From contig CM126204.1 of the NCBI GenBank assembly GCA_052327205.1, positions 138,880,001-138,944,000 on the forward strand: 64,000 bases of DNA, read 5' to 3'. A model generated the notes under the pieces. It was not told the origin of the DNA. It worked only from the letters and a program-made list of their open reading frames with translations, and made no database searches. Every line of letters begins with the position of its first letter. The stretch's first letter is position 1. Of this stretch, positions 10,018-23,200 are shown in pieces. The position numbers and the translations under genes were made by a program. Source of the DNA: Somniosus microcephalus. Taxonomy: Eukaryota.

Positions 10018-11204
10018 CAGTTTCTTGGGCATGGTAAATAAATGTTATTCATTATTTTTAAACTCTTGCATTCACATTTTCTGCAGTAAACTTCTAACAA
10101 GTGTAATCTGACAACATCTGGGGGAGTTATAGATCCTGTTTATTTAATTTACTTTTTTTAAACTTTTCATTTAATAACAAGACCTAAATCCATTCCAAAT
10201 TGTCATCTGCAAATACTGACGTTTAAGCCATAATTTATACGATAAAATCAACATCACATCAGTAAACAAAACCCTCCTGTGGTTAGGATGGTGGGGGGTC
10301 TCCATCGGGATAGCAGTGCTGGTGGGGGGAGGGGGCAGTATATATAAGCATTTGGTTAGTTTGATGCACTATTCATCATTTTGATGCCATGTTTGTCATT
10401 ATTTACATCAAAAAGATGGTACTGTTACATTTTTCTTACATTTAAAATAAAGGCTCAAAAAACACAACTAATGATTTTTTTAAAAATGAGGTTTTCTTTT
10501 ACATGTTAGCTGTCCACATACAGCCATTTGGCTCTCCAATATTTTACCATTTCTTGGATTTATCCACGTGTTTTAAAAAAAAATTTGTTTGTGCCCATTG
10601 AATTAGTGAACGGTTTTTATCCACTGTTGCTGTCAGACTCTGTATTTCCTGTTGGGATATGACACATATCATAGAGCATTAAAAAACCTTACAGTAGTTC
10701 TGCACATCTCTCTCTCAGTGGTACATCAGTGGATGACATCTTGGCAAATGACGACTGTAGCTTTTGGCTATGTGTATAATAAAACATCAGTAGTGCTTTC
10801 CATGGGAAAGCCGTGAATGTGATTGAATTCTAACAGTGCTTGGGTAACAGTCTGCTAACTCTACCTCAAACATTTGGAGCTAAAACAAGGCTGCTGTGCT
10901 CTTCTTCCCCAGGGATAACGGAACGTCTCTTGAGGACACATTCTTTTAACCTCTGCTGACCTCATTAGTGTCTTTGCTCTGCATTTAAAGATGACAAACT
11001 ATTACCATAAGAGGGGAACTTAAATTGCCTAAAGCTAAGAATCAAGCAAAGCTTTAAAGCACATTACATAATTACTTTACAATTCATTACATTCTGTCAC
11101 AGAGCCCCAAACACTAATTTAGTCTCACTTACACCCTTATCCAAACATGTTTCGTAATTGTCAAAGTTAATGATGAATTCAGAATGATCATGTATACCAT
11201 ATAA

Positions 11205-11580
11205 ATTTACAGCACAGATGGAGGCCATTCAGGCCATCGTGCCTGTGCCAGCTCTTTGCTAGAGCAATCCAAAACTAATCCCACCACCTCGTTCCCCAGA
11301 ACCCTGCATCCTCCTCTGCTACAAATATTTATCAAAGTTTCCTTCGAAGATGCAATATTCTTGCTTTCAACCATTCCCTGTGGCAAAGCACTCCATGCAC
11401 CAACAACCCTCTGTGTAAAGAGATTTCTCCTAAACTCGCTCCTCACTCTCATGGTGACAATTTTAAGTGTGACTACTTATCATTAACTCCCAAAGCACAG
11501 GAAATAGTCTTTCCCTATTCACTCAATCAAAACCTTTCATAATTTTAAAACCCTGCTTAATAAATCCCCTCTTAGTCTCA
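11205..11580 (-). mobile_element. CR1 3' fragment
   Basis: RRNLFTQRVVGAWSALP translation plus CR1 3'UTR. Confidence 0.8.
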
Positions 11581-12344
11581 TGCAGTATCTTTTCATTAAA
11601 TATATACTGATTGAGCATGACCTCTGCAAAACTACAAATCCTAAATTTCCATAGAGGTTTTATCGATCTCCCGTTATAGCTTTGGCAGGAGATTGTCCAA
11701 GCTTCTGGAGAAATAGTGTAAAATAATTTTTCATGGGGTAACACTGATCTCCCAGCAAAGGTACAGTGGGAAATTGGTAGAACATGTGCGGAAATTCGGG
11801 TCCAGACTTTTTAGACATGCATGAATAATGAAACACAAAACTCTCTCATTCTAATATCCCCTGACTATAACATCTGGGTCCCCGACAGGGTCTTTATAGT
11901 GTTGGGTAACTGTTGTGCATTATTGCCAACCTTTACTAGGATTTTGAAGCACTTGTTGTATGATCATAATTTTATTTGTTATCAGAAAAAGTATGGAATA
12001 TAATTGAGCATTATGTGTGGGATCACACAATTTCCAATTTCAACGTGAAATAACTGACTCTGATGACAGAGGTAGAAAAGAAAAGCATGATTAGAAGCAC
12101 AATTCCGAGTAAATAGTCTTTGAATAAATCTTGAAATCCCAAGCTCATTCCGATTATTGATGTCAAAGCAAAATGAACTGTGCATTCATTGTCTGCCTAC
12201 ATTCTATATTGCTCAAAAATAATCGACACTTTCAAATTGCAACTAAAACTTCACTTAAATTCATTTTATTCTCTTTTGTTACGCAACTTCATTTTTTTTT
12301 AATATATTTTTTTACAGTAATATACAAAAAGTAGAGGTCATACA

Positions 12345-12770
12345 AGGATGTTGCCAGGACTGGAGAATTTTAGCTATGAGGAAAGATCGGATAGGCTGGG
12401 GTTGTTTTCTTTGGAACACAGGAGGCTGAGGGGAGACTTAATTGAGGTGTATAAAATTATGAGGGGCCTAGATAGCGTGGATAGGAAGGACCTATTTCCC
12501 TTAGCAGAGAGGTCAATAACCTGGGGGCATAGATTGAAAGTAATTAGTGGAAGGATTAGAGGGGAGTTGAGAATTTTTTCACCCAGAGGGCGGTGGGGGT
12601 CTGGAACTCACTTCCTGAGAGGGTGGTAGAGGCAGAAACCCTCACCACATTTAAAAAGTGCTTGGATATGCACTTGAAGTGTTGTAACCTACAAGGCTAC
12701 AGACCAAGAGCTGGGAAGTGGCATTTGGTTACCTCCTTCTGTGCCGTTAACTTCTATGATTTCTATGATT
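12345..12770 (+). mobile_element. CR1 3' fragment
   Basis: SYEERSDRLGLFSLEHRRLRGDLIEVYKIM; TTCTATGA tail. Confidence 0.85.
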
Positions 12771-15594
12771 TAAATGTTAGGTTTCCAAGCCACCTACCTC
12801 TTGTGATGATCTGAAAATGTTTTACCTCTTTAACTTCAGATATTTTCCAATATATTTCAACTAAACGTCGAGCTCTCATAAATGGTTTGTGAAAATTGAT
12901 TCCCATTTTTCATTTAATGCTATTACATAATAAACTAACATCATGTGTCCTGTGATTCCAAAAGCCCTTTCCGCTTTCTGCCACACACATATGTTAGGAA
13001 TTTTGTTAAACCCAGTGAAATATTAACATTTTCCCAAGGGATAGCTCAAAGAGATAATATTGTTTTTTGAGGATCAGCAGACTATTTAAATTATTGAATC
13101 GACATTTTGTCTTTTAATGTAACACAGCCATCTCTCTCAAAGTCCTCCAGGAGGTATTAATAATTTATTCAAAGAAACTACTTGTAACAATACAATGACG
13201 GGATCATACCCTTATATTTATAGATTAAAAATAAAAGAACATGTAGTTCAACTGAAAAAAAAAATGCTAGGTGAACATTTTATGCGATTTTTGTTTATTA
13301 ATAATTTCAAAACACAAGTCCTTGGTTTCTTGGCTAATTATAACAATTATAAGAGTGTTCATGGAACTGTATTGGAATGACATGAGATTTTGCTTCGATG
13401 AGTTCAATTGTTCTGTGGTGTGAAACAATAATGACTGTAGTAGGTGTTATGTAATCCACAATACAGTATATACGATAATATAATGGAATACTGGACTTTA
13501 TATAGCGCCTTATCACATCAAGATGTCACATAGTGTTTCACGCAATTAATTATCTTTGTAGTTGTTATGTTAACCATGCCCTACTGCTTTGATATCACTC
13601 CACAAAACAATAATCTTATTTGAGCTCACATTTAAGTAAAAGGTATCTTTTGTTACTCGAATAGGGCTGAAAATCAATTATTATTAAGTTTGTTGACACA
13701 CATTTGTATTTTACAATACAAAAGAACACCCGGTTTGCACGTCTCTCATGCTGACATCATTCATCGCAGATTGTTGCTAAACACAGAAACCTTCTTGAAG
13801 CATGAGAGAAATTGACCACCAAATCAAGGCAGTAACATTTAAAAGTACACTTAAACATCCCACCATATGAATGCCAATAAGCCATTTCCTTTCATAAATC
13901 TTCTCTCGTGTTCGCAGATTCTCAACAGATGCGGAACAGCTGATAAGACTGTTGTTACAAAAAGATATATACGTATGTCCCCTGCTTATAAGAAGTCACA
14001 AAGTCATGCAATCCTGAGCTTGTCTTTGATCAGTCCATGCAAGATTGAGTTTAGCCCCTTCCCATTGCCTATGTATGATTGCTAGATTCTGCAATGATCA
14101 GGGGTGGGGAGAAAAGTCATACCCAATAGAAACCTTCTCATTAAACCTCTAATCTGTTCCACTACATTCTTGGAAGGGAATGATCCAGCATTAGAGCATG
14201 CCTCAATAGGAGCAGTAATGAGACTGACAGAAACAGCTTAAGTAATTGGCTTGGTATATGGTATTGAATGTCCTAAACAAAAGATATCAATCTCTATTCC
14301 CTATCGAATCTTTGTTCCAGAAATGAATTCATTTAGTCATGCACTTGAAGGCCTGTGGTCCCTGCGGGGAAAATGGAAGACTGGGACACAAAGGCAGGGC
14401 CATCTGATGCACACAGTGAGAGCACAGAGAAAGCTGCCTGTGCCATTCCGAGAAGTTAATTACTGCTAACAAAAGCAGCAGACTATGACTTGTTGATCAT
14501 TACCATAATCACATTACTGCACTGTTCCGTTATTCCCAACAGTGGAAGTCCATTGCTGCTTTATTCTTTGCTCGTGCAACATATTCTGCCACCTGAGCAG
14601 CATGTGCTTCAAATATAAATCATGAAAGTCATATTCTTTGGGTCTGTAATACATTTGTTGCAGGGATGTATATGTCCATATTGTTAAATCCCAAAAGCAA
14701 TTTATTGTATTCATATTTAGAGGGGTGAATGGAAATGAATACCAGAAGTGGCTTTACATTACCAAATTATCAAATAACGATCTGCTTAAATCTATTGTTA
14801 TATAAGAATTTATATTGATTTGCCTTTGTTTACCATTTTTCCAAGCTTTTTATTATCCTGTTGTGTACTGAAGGTATTATTGGTCTGTTCATCGCTGACT
14901 CAGAATCCAGTTAAAACAGGTCTTTCAAAAAAAGAACTATCATTCAATTCAGTATCAGGGGCTTTATATTCAAACTGGGAGAGAGCAGGCTGTCGAGAAG
15001 GAAGAATGTTTCCATTAGATGGGTCAAACAGAACTTGTGGTTTCCCCAGGAAACATTGAAAACCACTGTATTGTGATCAGCAAAGCCACATTGTATATTA
15101 GGCTCTGAACTGTGCCGTCTGTGCTTAGTCAGTGCAGAAACCATAGTGCTATAAACTGAGTGCAAAGTGTCTCACCACTGAGATGATTCCCAGCTCATAC
15201 TCAAAGGCAGTGCCTTTTTGTTGCTGAGACTAGTGAATAATCTATAGGCAGGTACACACTTATTGCAGCAACATCCAAATAAAAAGCTTAAAATTCATGT
15301 TTCCTCAATCTGGATTAAAAACTGAAAGCGATGAAGATTCACACGGACACTGAGCCACCATGACACCAGATTTATCTTTTATTTCCTAAAATCCTGGAGG
15401 AACTTTTTTTTGGAGGAAAAGAACATTTAAACTTATAATTTGTTTAAATGAGATACCATTTACCTTCATCTTCTGGGCCTTGAAAATAAACCATGGCATA
15501 CCAATAGACGAACACTGAACACACTCGTCGGAAGTTCCTCGCTCTGCTATTTTAGTAGAGGCATGAACCTGAATGGTTAGATAAAGGGCATGGT

Positions 15595-15950
15595 AACATA
15601 ACAGTTTCAGGCAGGAGAAGATCTTTGGCCCCTCTAGCCTACCTATCCACAGTATTCCATTCGTGAATTTCTAATGACCCTCAATCCCATTTGTTGACAA
15701 GAACCTGTCTAGCTCCTTCTTGAAACTCATTAAGCTTTCTTGTTCCACCACCCGTGCTGGTAATCTGTTCCACATGCTGACCACCCTTTCAGTTAAAAGA
15801 AAAAGTTCCTATTTTCTTTTTTTGTCCTTAATGTGTAATATAAAGAGAGAGGAATTTCAAACAAAAACATTAAACGTTTGTCCATTACCCATAGAATTTT
15901 ACAGCACAGAAGGAGGCTATTCGGCCCATCATTCTTGTGCTGGCTCTTTG
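15595..15950 (-). mobile_element. Degenerate CR1 3' fragments
   Basis: Similar to the other CR1 3' ends in the window (CTGTTCCACATGCTGACCACCCT; ACAGCACAGAAGGAGGC). Confidence 0.55.
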
Positions 15951-16039
15951 TACCAAACATAAAACTGTAGCATAGGATCATTTTTCAAGGTTGCTTCATG
16001 GCTGAACTGGAGGGATTTATAACTCCCTGTTTGAATTCC

Positions 16040-17275
16040 TCCAGTCCAGCTTCCACCCTTCTTACCGTACTGAAACCATCCCGATAAAAATCACGAACAA
16101 CATCTTCTGTTGCCATGGTGAATTATTCCTTTTTGCCCTTCTCGACAACGCTAGGATATTCAATAGAGTCAACCGTACAGTCCCCCTCCAACACCTCTCA
16201 TCTGGTGACCAGCTCTGTGCGTCTATCTTCACTTAGTTCCACTCCTACCTATCTGAATCTAGCTAGAGCATCTAAAACAATGGTTTATCTTCCCGCCCCC
16301 ACATTATTACCTTTGGAGTTCCCAAGGATCTATCTTTGACCTTACCCATTCTTCATCTACACCCGCCCCTCAACGATGTCATCAGCAGATATGGGGCAGC
16401 TTCCTCCCAGCTCTATCTTTCCATCAGCCCTCTTGACCCTCATCTGCTTCTGTGCTGTAAGTCTGCTTGTCCAACATCCAGTCTTGAATGAGCCTTACTG
16501 TCCTCCAGCTCAACATTTGGAAGAGCAAAGCTATTATCTTCTTCCCCCACCACAAAATCCACGCTCTTGCCTCTGACTCCATCCCCCTGGCTACTGATTT
16601 GGGCTGAACAAGACTGTTTGCAATCTTGGAGGCCTGTTTAACCATGAGCTGAGCTTGAAATGCAATACCCTCTCCATCACAAAGACCACATATTTTCACC
16701 TCTGCAACATTGCTCACCTTCAGTTATACCTCAGTCCTCCTACCGCTGAAATCCTTAAATGTCTTTGTCACCTCCAGGCCTGAATACTCCACCACTCTTT
16801 ATTCTGGCCTCCCCTCCTCCACCCGCCGCAGGTTGCCCAAACCTCTGCTATATGCAATCTGGCCCACACTAGGTTTTGCTTGCCAATCACCCCTGCCCTT
16901 GCCGACTGGATCTCACCACCTCAAATTTAATATCCTCACCCTTGTCTAAGTCTCTCTGTTGTCTCAGCCCTTGCTCCAGCTCTATAATCCCCTAACAATG
17001 TTCCTCAGATGCCAGTCACCTCTCTTTGCCACACCATTGGCAAGAGCCTTCAGTTGCCTGGGTCTTACTCTCTGGAATTCACTCCCTAAGCCTCTCCATC
17101 TCCCTCTCTGCTTTAAAAACCTCCTCAAAGCCCATCTCTTTGACCAAGCATGTAATCATCCCCACCAATCTCTCCTTCCTTGGGTCAGCATCTTGTTTTC
17201 AACATGCCTATCTGTGAGGCGTCCTGGGACATCCTTTACATTAAACGTACTATATAAACCCAAGCTGTTGCTGTC
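16040..17275 (+). mobile_element. L2 LINE 3' fragment, degenerate
   Basis: GVPQGS-like remnant, 'AFSCLGLTLWNSLP...FKNLLKAHLF' and a TATATAAA...GTTG tail. Confidence 0.8.
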
Positions 17276-20200
17276 CTATGTGTTCATCAAATTCTTTTCT
17301 ATAATCTGGTGCTTTGTTTGTTGTGCAATTGTCACATTATGGAACCTTAATTAGTTTTGCTTCTGAAATAATCAAAGCTTACAGTATTGACAAAATTAAG
17401 TTATGGTTTCCAGAACAAATATTAGCCAATTGTATGTAAATTAAGCCACCAATAACTTTTCTTATAACACTAACACACAGTGCCCTTTTTTTATACACAA
17501 TGATTAATCTTTATGATGTGTTTACCCTATGAAAACATTAAAGGTTATGATGTTTGCAGCAGCTGAACTTCAGATTCCAAAATGTTCTTTCTTTCTGTTG
17601 AAACTTTTATTTTTATTCAGTATTATTTTTACATTTCTACTTCTGATAATCTTTTGCTTCTCTCTCCACCACCACCACACAGATGCAATTCCAATTGGCA
17701 GAATTAATCATCATCATTCCAATGGAGCAGAGTTCTCTTAATTCCTATACTTGTTTTTTCTATTTGAAATTAGTTGATTTTAGTTTCATAGAATCATACA
17801 GCACAGAAGGAGGCCATTTGGCCCATCATGCCTATGCTGCCAACGAGTATGAATCCCTACAGGCCATTCATTATGCCTGCACTTCACAATATCAAATCCA
17901 TTATGACACATGCATGCACCTAAAGCTGCTACAAGCAAATCTGGAACAAATTAAATCCTTGTCTGTGTAAGCAGTGTTAATACAAAGTGGATCGCACCTG
18001 AATTCTCCGGATTTTCCCTTGTAACCATCCCTTGCTCTTGAATGTACAACTCAATCTACATAAGCACTGGCTAATAATATTTAGAGCTGAATTTCTTAAA
18101 TATATGACAACGGCTTTAGCAATTTAAGTACCACCGGACTATGAAACTTGCATACTGATTGTCAAAAATACACAAGTTAACTGCAAAATGTGTACTGAAT
18201 TTTCTGGTGCTATTCCAAACTGGATGCTGTTTTGACTTATAAAATTGCTGACAATTAGTTAATGTTAGCCTGCTATGAGCAGTACTATATGCTTATCAAT
18301 GCTTTCTCTGTTCTAAAAATTACTTTGGAACACTTGAATAGGTCTTTAAGTTTATATCTCAAAATGATAAGAAATGCAGATTGATCCCAAATGGTGGGGT
18401 GAGTTACCTATATCATAATGGAATTTACAAGCTGCAAGGGTGCATTGTTTAATATCTGTAGTTAGACCAAATCCATGTGCTGGAACACTAATTTAAAATA
18501 AAATCTACTCACTACACACATGTTCAGACCAAATAAAACAACTAATTTTCAGTCCATACAATGTAAAACTGATTATTCATTTTGGACTTTGCTTCTCAAT
18601 CTAAATACGGTACCATTATAAGATCAGTAAACAGTATTTCATTCTACAATAGTATGAAAGAATGTGTTATCGTAGTATAACAGGGTGCTAACGTGAGTTG
18701 CTATTGTCATTCACAGGTATATAATTTGGTGGGGGGAGAAGAGAACCAAGTCTTATTAACTTTCAAGCAAGCTCTTCTATTTCACAAAAAGAATATCAAA
18801 TTACAGAGAAAATCACGGGTCAACTGCCATGAATTACCTGCAAGTAGGAACATTCTGTGGCAGAAGACTGCAACCACTCCCTTTTTAATTGCTAGTGCTG
18901 TCATAGAAATGTCTCAAGTCATATAAGCTTGTGCAAAAAAAGCAGCAATTGTTTTGTGTTTACTCACATGAAATGCACACACATTTTTCCCTTAAATATG
19001 TTTACCACAGGAATATGCACACAATGTAGGAAGTAGGGTTTGGCAGCAGACCAGTGCAGGTCCCTTGGATATTAGGACAATGCTCCCCCAACTGTAACAG
19101 AAGTCTGCCAACAAAAAAAGGTAAAAAAGGAAATAATAAGGCTGAGGACAATGCCATTGTTTCATTAAAAAAGCAACATATAACACCTCAACCTAACGTG
19201 GAAAGTAATCTCAAGAACAGTTTACTGGAAGGATGTGAGAATGAAGTCTCACTTAATTAAATAAAGAATTGTCATCCAGACATATGCAATGCTGTGAGAT
19301 GTGTGTAATTCAGCAATGTTAACAAAAATTGATTAATGAAAGAGGTTTCCTGGTTTAAACATACTTTTGAGTTGAAAAGTTCCAATGTTTCCCATACCTC
19401 AACTAAGCTATTTGCGGGATTGTTTGTATTTATTGGGATGAGTTTGCTGCACAGACATGAATGTCTCTTTGAAGCGCCCACTGGAAATCTTTCTGCTTCA
19501 CTGATTTCAGTCTTTCAATGCAGGAAAGCCCCCTGCACACTTTAGAATAGTTTGAATGCCATTAGAATACATTGGGCCGCTAATGTTTCTACCAGCAGTT
19601 AATAAATGGACATCTTTCAGTCAGGCATGTTTCATTTTAACATACTGTTACCCAGATTTCATTTAAAACTGTTGTAGGAGCATAAACATTGCTAGCCAAT
19701 GCTGATGGAAATATTCCAACAGCTGATTTCCATGTTCTTGTGTACAGATTGTTCCATACAAAGAAGAGAAAACAATGCATCGGGTATAGGCGCTGAATCC
19801 CATTAATACAGCTATGGCCATGAAGCAAATTTGCAAGGCGTGCAAAAAACAATAATAAACTTGCTGCAAATTATAACCTTTCGTTAAGACATCGTTCTGC
19901 GCCAATCTATTGAAATATATATTGAAAAGTGCAGCTAAATGCTGATGAGCAAACCACGGCATCATTTTATTTTTGCTACAATTATCTGAATTACTATCGA
20001 TGCTGGTACTGTTTAGAAGCAGCGTGGCACAAACTCTAGTCTACTCGGTGGCATGCACAAGTTGTTCTTTTGGGTTGCCGCTGCCATCTAAATACTGAGC
20101 AAGAACAGCTATGTACAATGCCAGTTGTTAAAGTAGCCGTTGTCACCATTAGAGAAATAGCAAAACGATTGTCATATAGGCCATTCAGAACCCCAACATT

Positions 20201-20379
20201 TTTGGGGGGATGGGGAGGGGACAAATTATTTGCTATATAGCACTTCTCCATCCAATTTGATCACATTGGCAGCAGCTGAAACACTAAAAACAACTCGGGA
20301 CAGAAACAAAGCTATCCAGTTTGCTGGTGGTATAAAACTGGGAAGGGGAGGGACGTTGCTACAAATTAACAGTGACTAT

Positions 20380-21180
20380 GTGGAGAGAGGCAATATGAAT
20401 TGATTAGGGATTCTGCTGAGGAGTGGCAGATGTCATTTGTTGGGGATAAATACAAGGTGATGATACTGGGAAGGGAAGCAAGCACTGGGAATATAAGGTG
20501 AAGGGTAGTCAAAGGAGAGATATTTGGAGGTTCAGTGGGTAAGCTTGCTGAAACCATCAAGGCAACGTGCAACAGCAGTAAAGAAGCCGAACGAGACTTT
20601 AAGGTGAATCTCTAGAGGAACAGAGCATATGTCTCAGGGGCTTAGTGACCCCCAGCAGGTGCACTGTGTAAAATTCTGGTCACCATACAACAGTGGGGCC
20701 ATCCTGGCTTTAGAGAAGGTACAGATTAGGGCAAATTACTGACCCTTTGGGTTAGGCATCTGAGCTATGAGGGAAATGGGGAACGTTTATGCTGGAGAAA
20801 AGAAGGCTTAGTGCAGAACTTGTTGTGGTTTTCAATCTTCTAAGGGGTATAGATAAACCGAGTCCTAATAAGTTGTTGAACATAACTACAAACTCTGTAA
20901 CTGGAGGGCACAGATGCAAATTTAGAAGTGAAAAGGTAAACGGTTTAGATTTACTTACTTCACAAGTAGGTGGTGAATGTGTGGAACAGACTCCCTGGCG
21001 AGGTAACAGAGGTGAATAGTACCAATAAATTCAAGAGAGCTGGATATTTTTTGGGCAAAAGATGTGATGGAAGATGAAGGGAATAAGATTTAGAGCATAG
21101 TTTGAAATGTTCTGATCTTTGAAATTGGCTAGATGGATTGCAACAGTCTTTTCCAGTCCTGTACATTCTTACGTTCCTAT
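20380..21180 (+). mobile_element. Old CR1 fragment
   Basis: LEKRRLSAELVVVF...TGGH remnant, with many stops and indels. Confidence 0.65.
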
Positions 21181-22111
21181 AATACTGTCGAACACCCTTA
21201 TCACAGTGAAGTGGCAAAAACAAACTACCAACAAAAGGGGGAAACAGAATTCAATTTTGTTTTAATGTTGCAAATTATAGTACTAATGGTATTTAACAAT
21301 GGCTTAACAGTGCTAAAGCCTTGCCTGACATTTCCCTAATTTGACAACTGCCATAAACCACTTCCTGTAAATTATGCAGTATGTAAAAACCTCTGAGAAT
21401 ATGAAGGCAGGATAGCGTTTTCACTTTTAGATTTTCCTCTGTAGTTTTAAAGGAATTCCTGTGCAACAGAGTTTTGAGAAACGAAGGAGAAAGATGGAAA
21501 CACATAGGGCAGGGCACCACTAAAGCTGTAAAAAATTAAGGGAGGAAACAAAGTAAATCAGGAAGTAGTGATCAGGTACCACCCAGCCTGGGTTTTAAAA
21601 GCCTAAAGATTATGGAGGAAGGAAAGACTGAGGGAGATAGAGTTCTACAGTTTTGAGCACTTGGCAAGGAGCGCAGAATGAAGAACAGAGGAAAATTAAC
21701 CTATTCATGAAATAATATGACAGACCTTCCGAACTGCAAAAGTAGACCTGTATGATATATATCGATTAAATGGAAAGTGACAGTGCCAAAAAAATTGCCT
21801 ATATGATCAATAAAGTATAATTAGAATGGTGAGAGGTGGTGAATTAAAATTGTGGATGCAATCCTGAGGTCTCTTGGTAGTAGAATTTGCATGAATGGTG
21901 TATCCCTAAATAAACCCCATACCAATTCCCTAACCAACTATTATGTGACTACATACAGCATTCTTCCATCCCTTACCCCAATTCCATTTGTTTATGTAAA
22001 TTTACAGGTGCAGGTGCAGGGCCTTTGGTACTGAAGATCTATGGCTACAGAATGTCAAAGAGAGAACATCACAATGGACACTTGGGCCTTGAAATCACAC
22101 TGTGCAAATAA

Positions 22112-22866
22112 TGGCCCAGAAATTTGGGTCGGGGGCTTCCCGCGGGTGCAAGCCCCCGACCTGCACTTACCTTGCGCGCCGGCCGTTGAGCTGTGGGCCC
22201 CCGTGGAATTCCGATCCGGGGCCTGCTCCAGCTGCTGGCGCGCAGTGCTTGTGTATCCCAGGGGCGCAGTTAGTTCGATGCGTCCCCTGGGATCACGTGG
22301 GCCATGGGGAGCCAATCGGAGCAGGGAATGCTCCATTCATAAGTCTGACAGGAAGTGCTGTCAAGGCTTATAAATACTACGGCCCCAAAACAGCACTAAA
22401 TCTTCAAATAATTTTTTTTTTAAATCACATTTTTAAAATAAACTATAAATTACATGAAATAACTATTTTAAACAATAATTTAAATTTTTGAAAAAAATAC
22501 TTTTATTTTCTAACGGGGCTAAAAATAAACTTACCTTGCTTTAAATTATTTTAAAATAATAAACCTGTGGAAAAAATGTTTTAATTTTAATTAATTCACC
22601 ACTTACCTTGTAAAAAGCAGGCCTTGCGACTGCTTTTAACATTTCTAACTTCTGGAGACTTACCCTCCCGGGAAAACCTGCAGAAAAAAATGAAGTTCGA
22701 TGCGCACGCGCAGCCTCTCCCGCGCACGCGTTCAACCTCTGAACCCCTTCGTTCAGAGGAATGGAAATGCCGGTTTCCCACGCATGCAGGAAACCGGCAC
22801 TTCCATTGGGCCTATGGGTGAGTACCCCGTGCGTACTCACCCGTGGAGACCCGAAGTTCTGGGCCA
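22112..22866. mobile_element. Non-autonomous Harbinger-type MITE, 755 bp
   Basis: TIRs TGGCCCAGAAATTTGGG / CCCGAAGTTCTGGGCCA with TAA/TTA flanks, GC-rich ends and an AT-rich core; TIR resembles the Harbinger end at 3052-3065. Confidence 0.85.
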
Positions 22867-22994
22867 TTAACATTCAAAAACCTATCTTATGTGAAATTCC
22901 TTTGTCTGCTATTTTTACCAGGGACATTAACCCATTTGAAGGTCCTGATATCAGAGATACAAAATGATTGTATAATCTTACAGAAGAACACAAA

Positions 22995-23110
22995 GAAAAA
23001 AAGACTTGCATTTCTGTAGCGCCTTTCACGACCATCGAACATCCCAAAGTGCTTTACAGCCAATTAAGTACTTTTTGAAGTGTAGTCACTGTTGTAATGT
23101 AGGAAAACAT
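22995..23110 (-). mobile_element. DeuSINE 3' tail fragment
   Basis: AAAGACTTGCATTTCTGTAGCGCCTTTCACGACC, matching the full copies. Confidence 0.8.
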
Positions 23111-23200
23111 GCAGTTTATAGTGATATAATTTTCAGAAAATACATGAAGATAATCTGCCCTGTATAGATTATAAATGCAATACTTTTCTCATTTCACAAA

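Noticed and set aside
7499-10111. Very long ORFs (467-833 aa) on both strands
   Set aside because: Artefacts of a stop-free minisatellite; the translations are pure low-complexity repeats.
11636-11803. Small inverted-repeat element (CCTAAATTTCC ... GGAAATTCGGG)
   Set aside because: The match is too short and degenerate to call a MITE without a family search.
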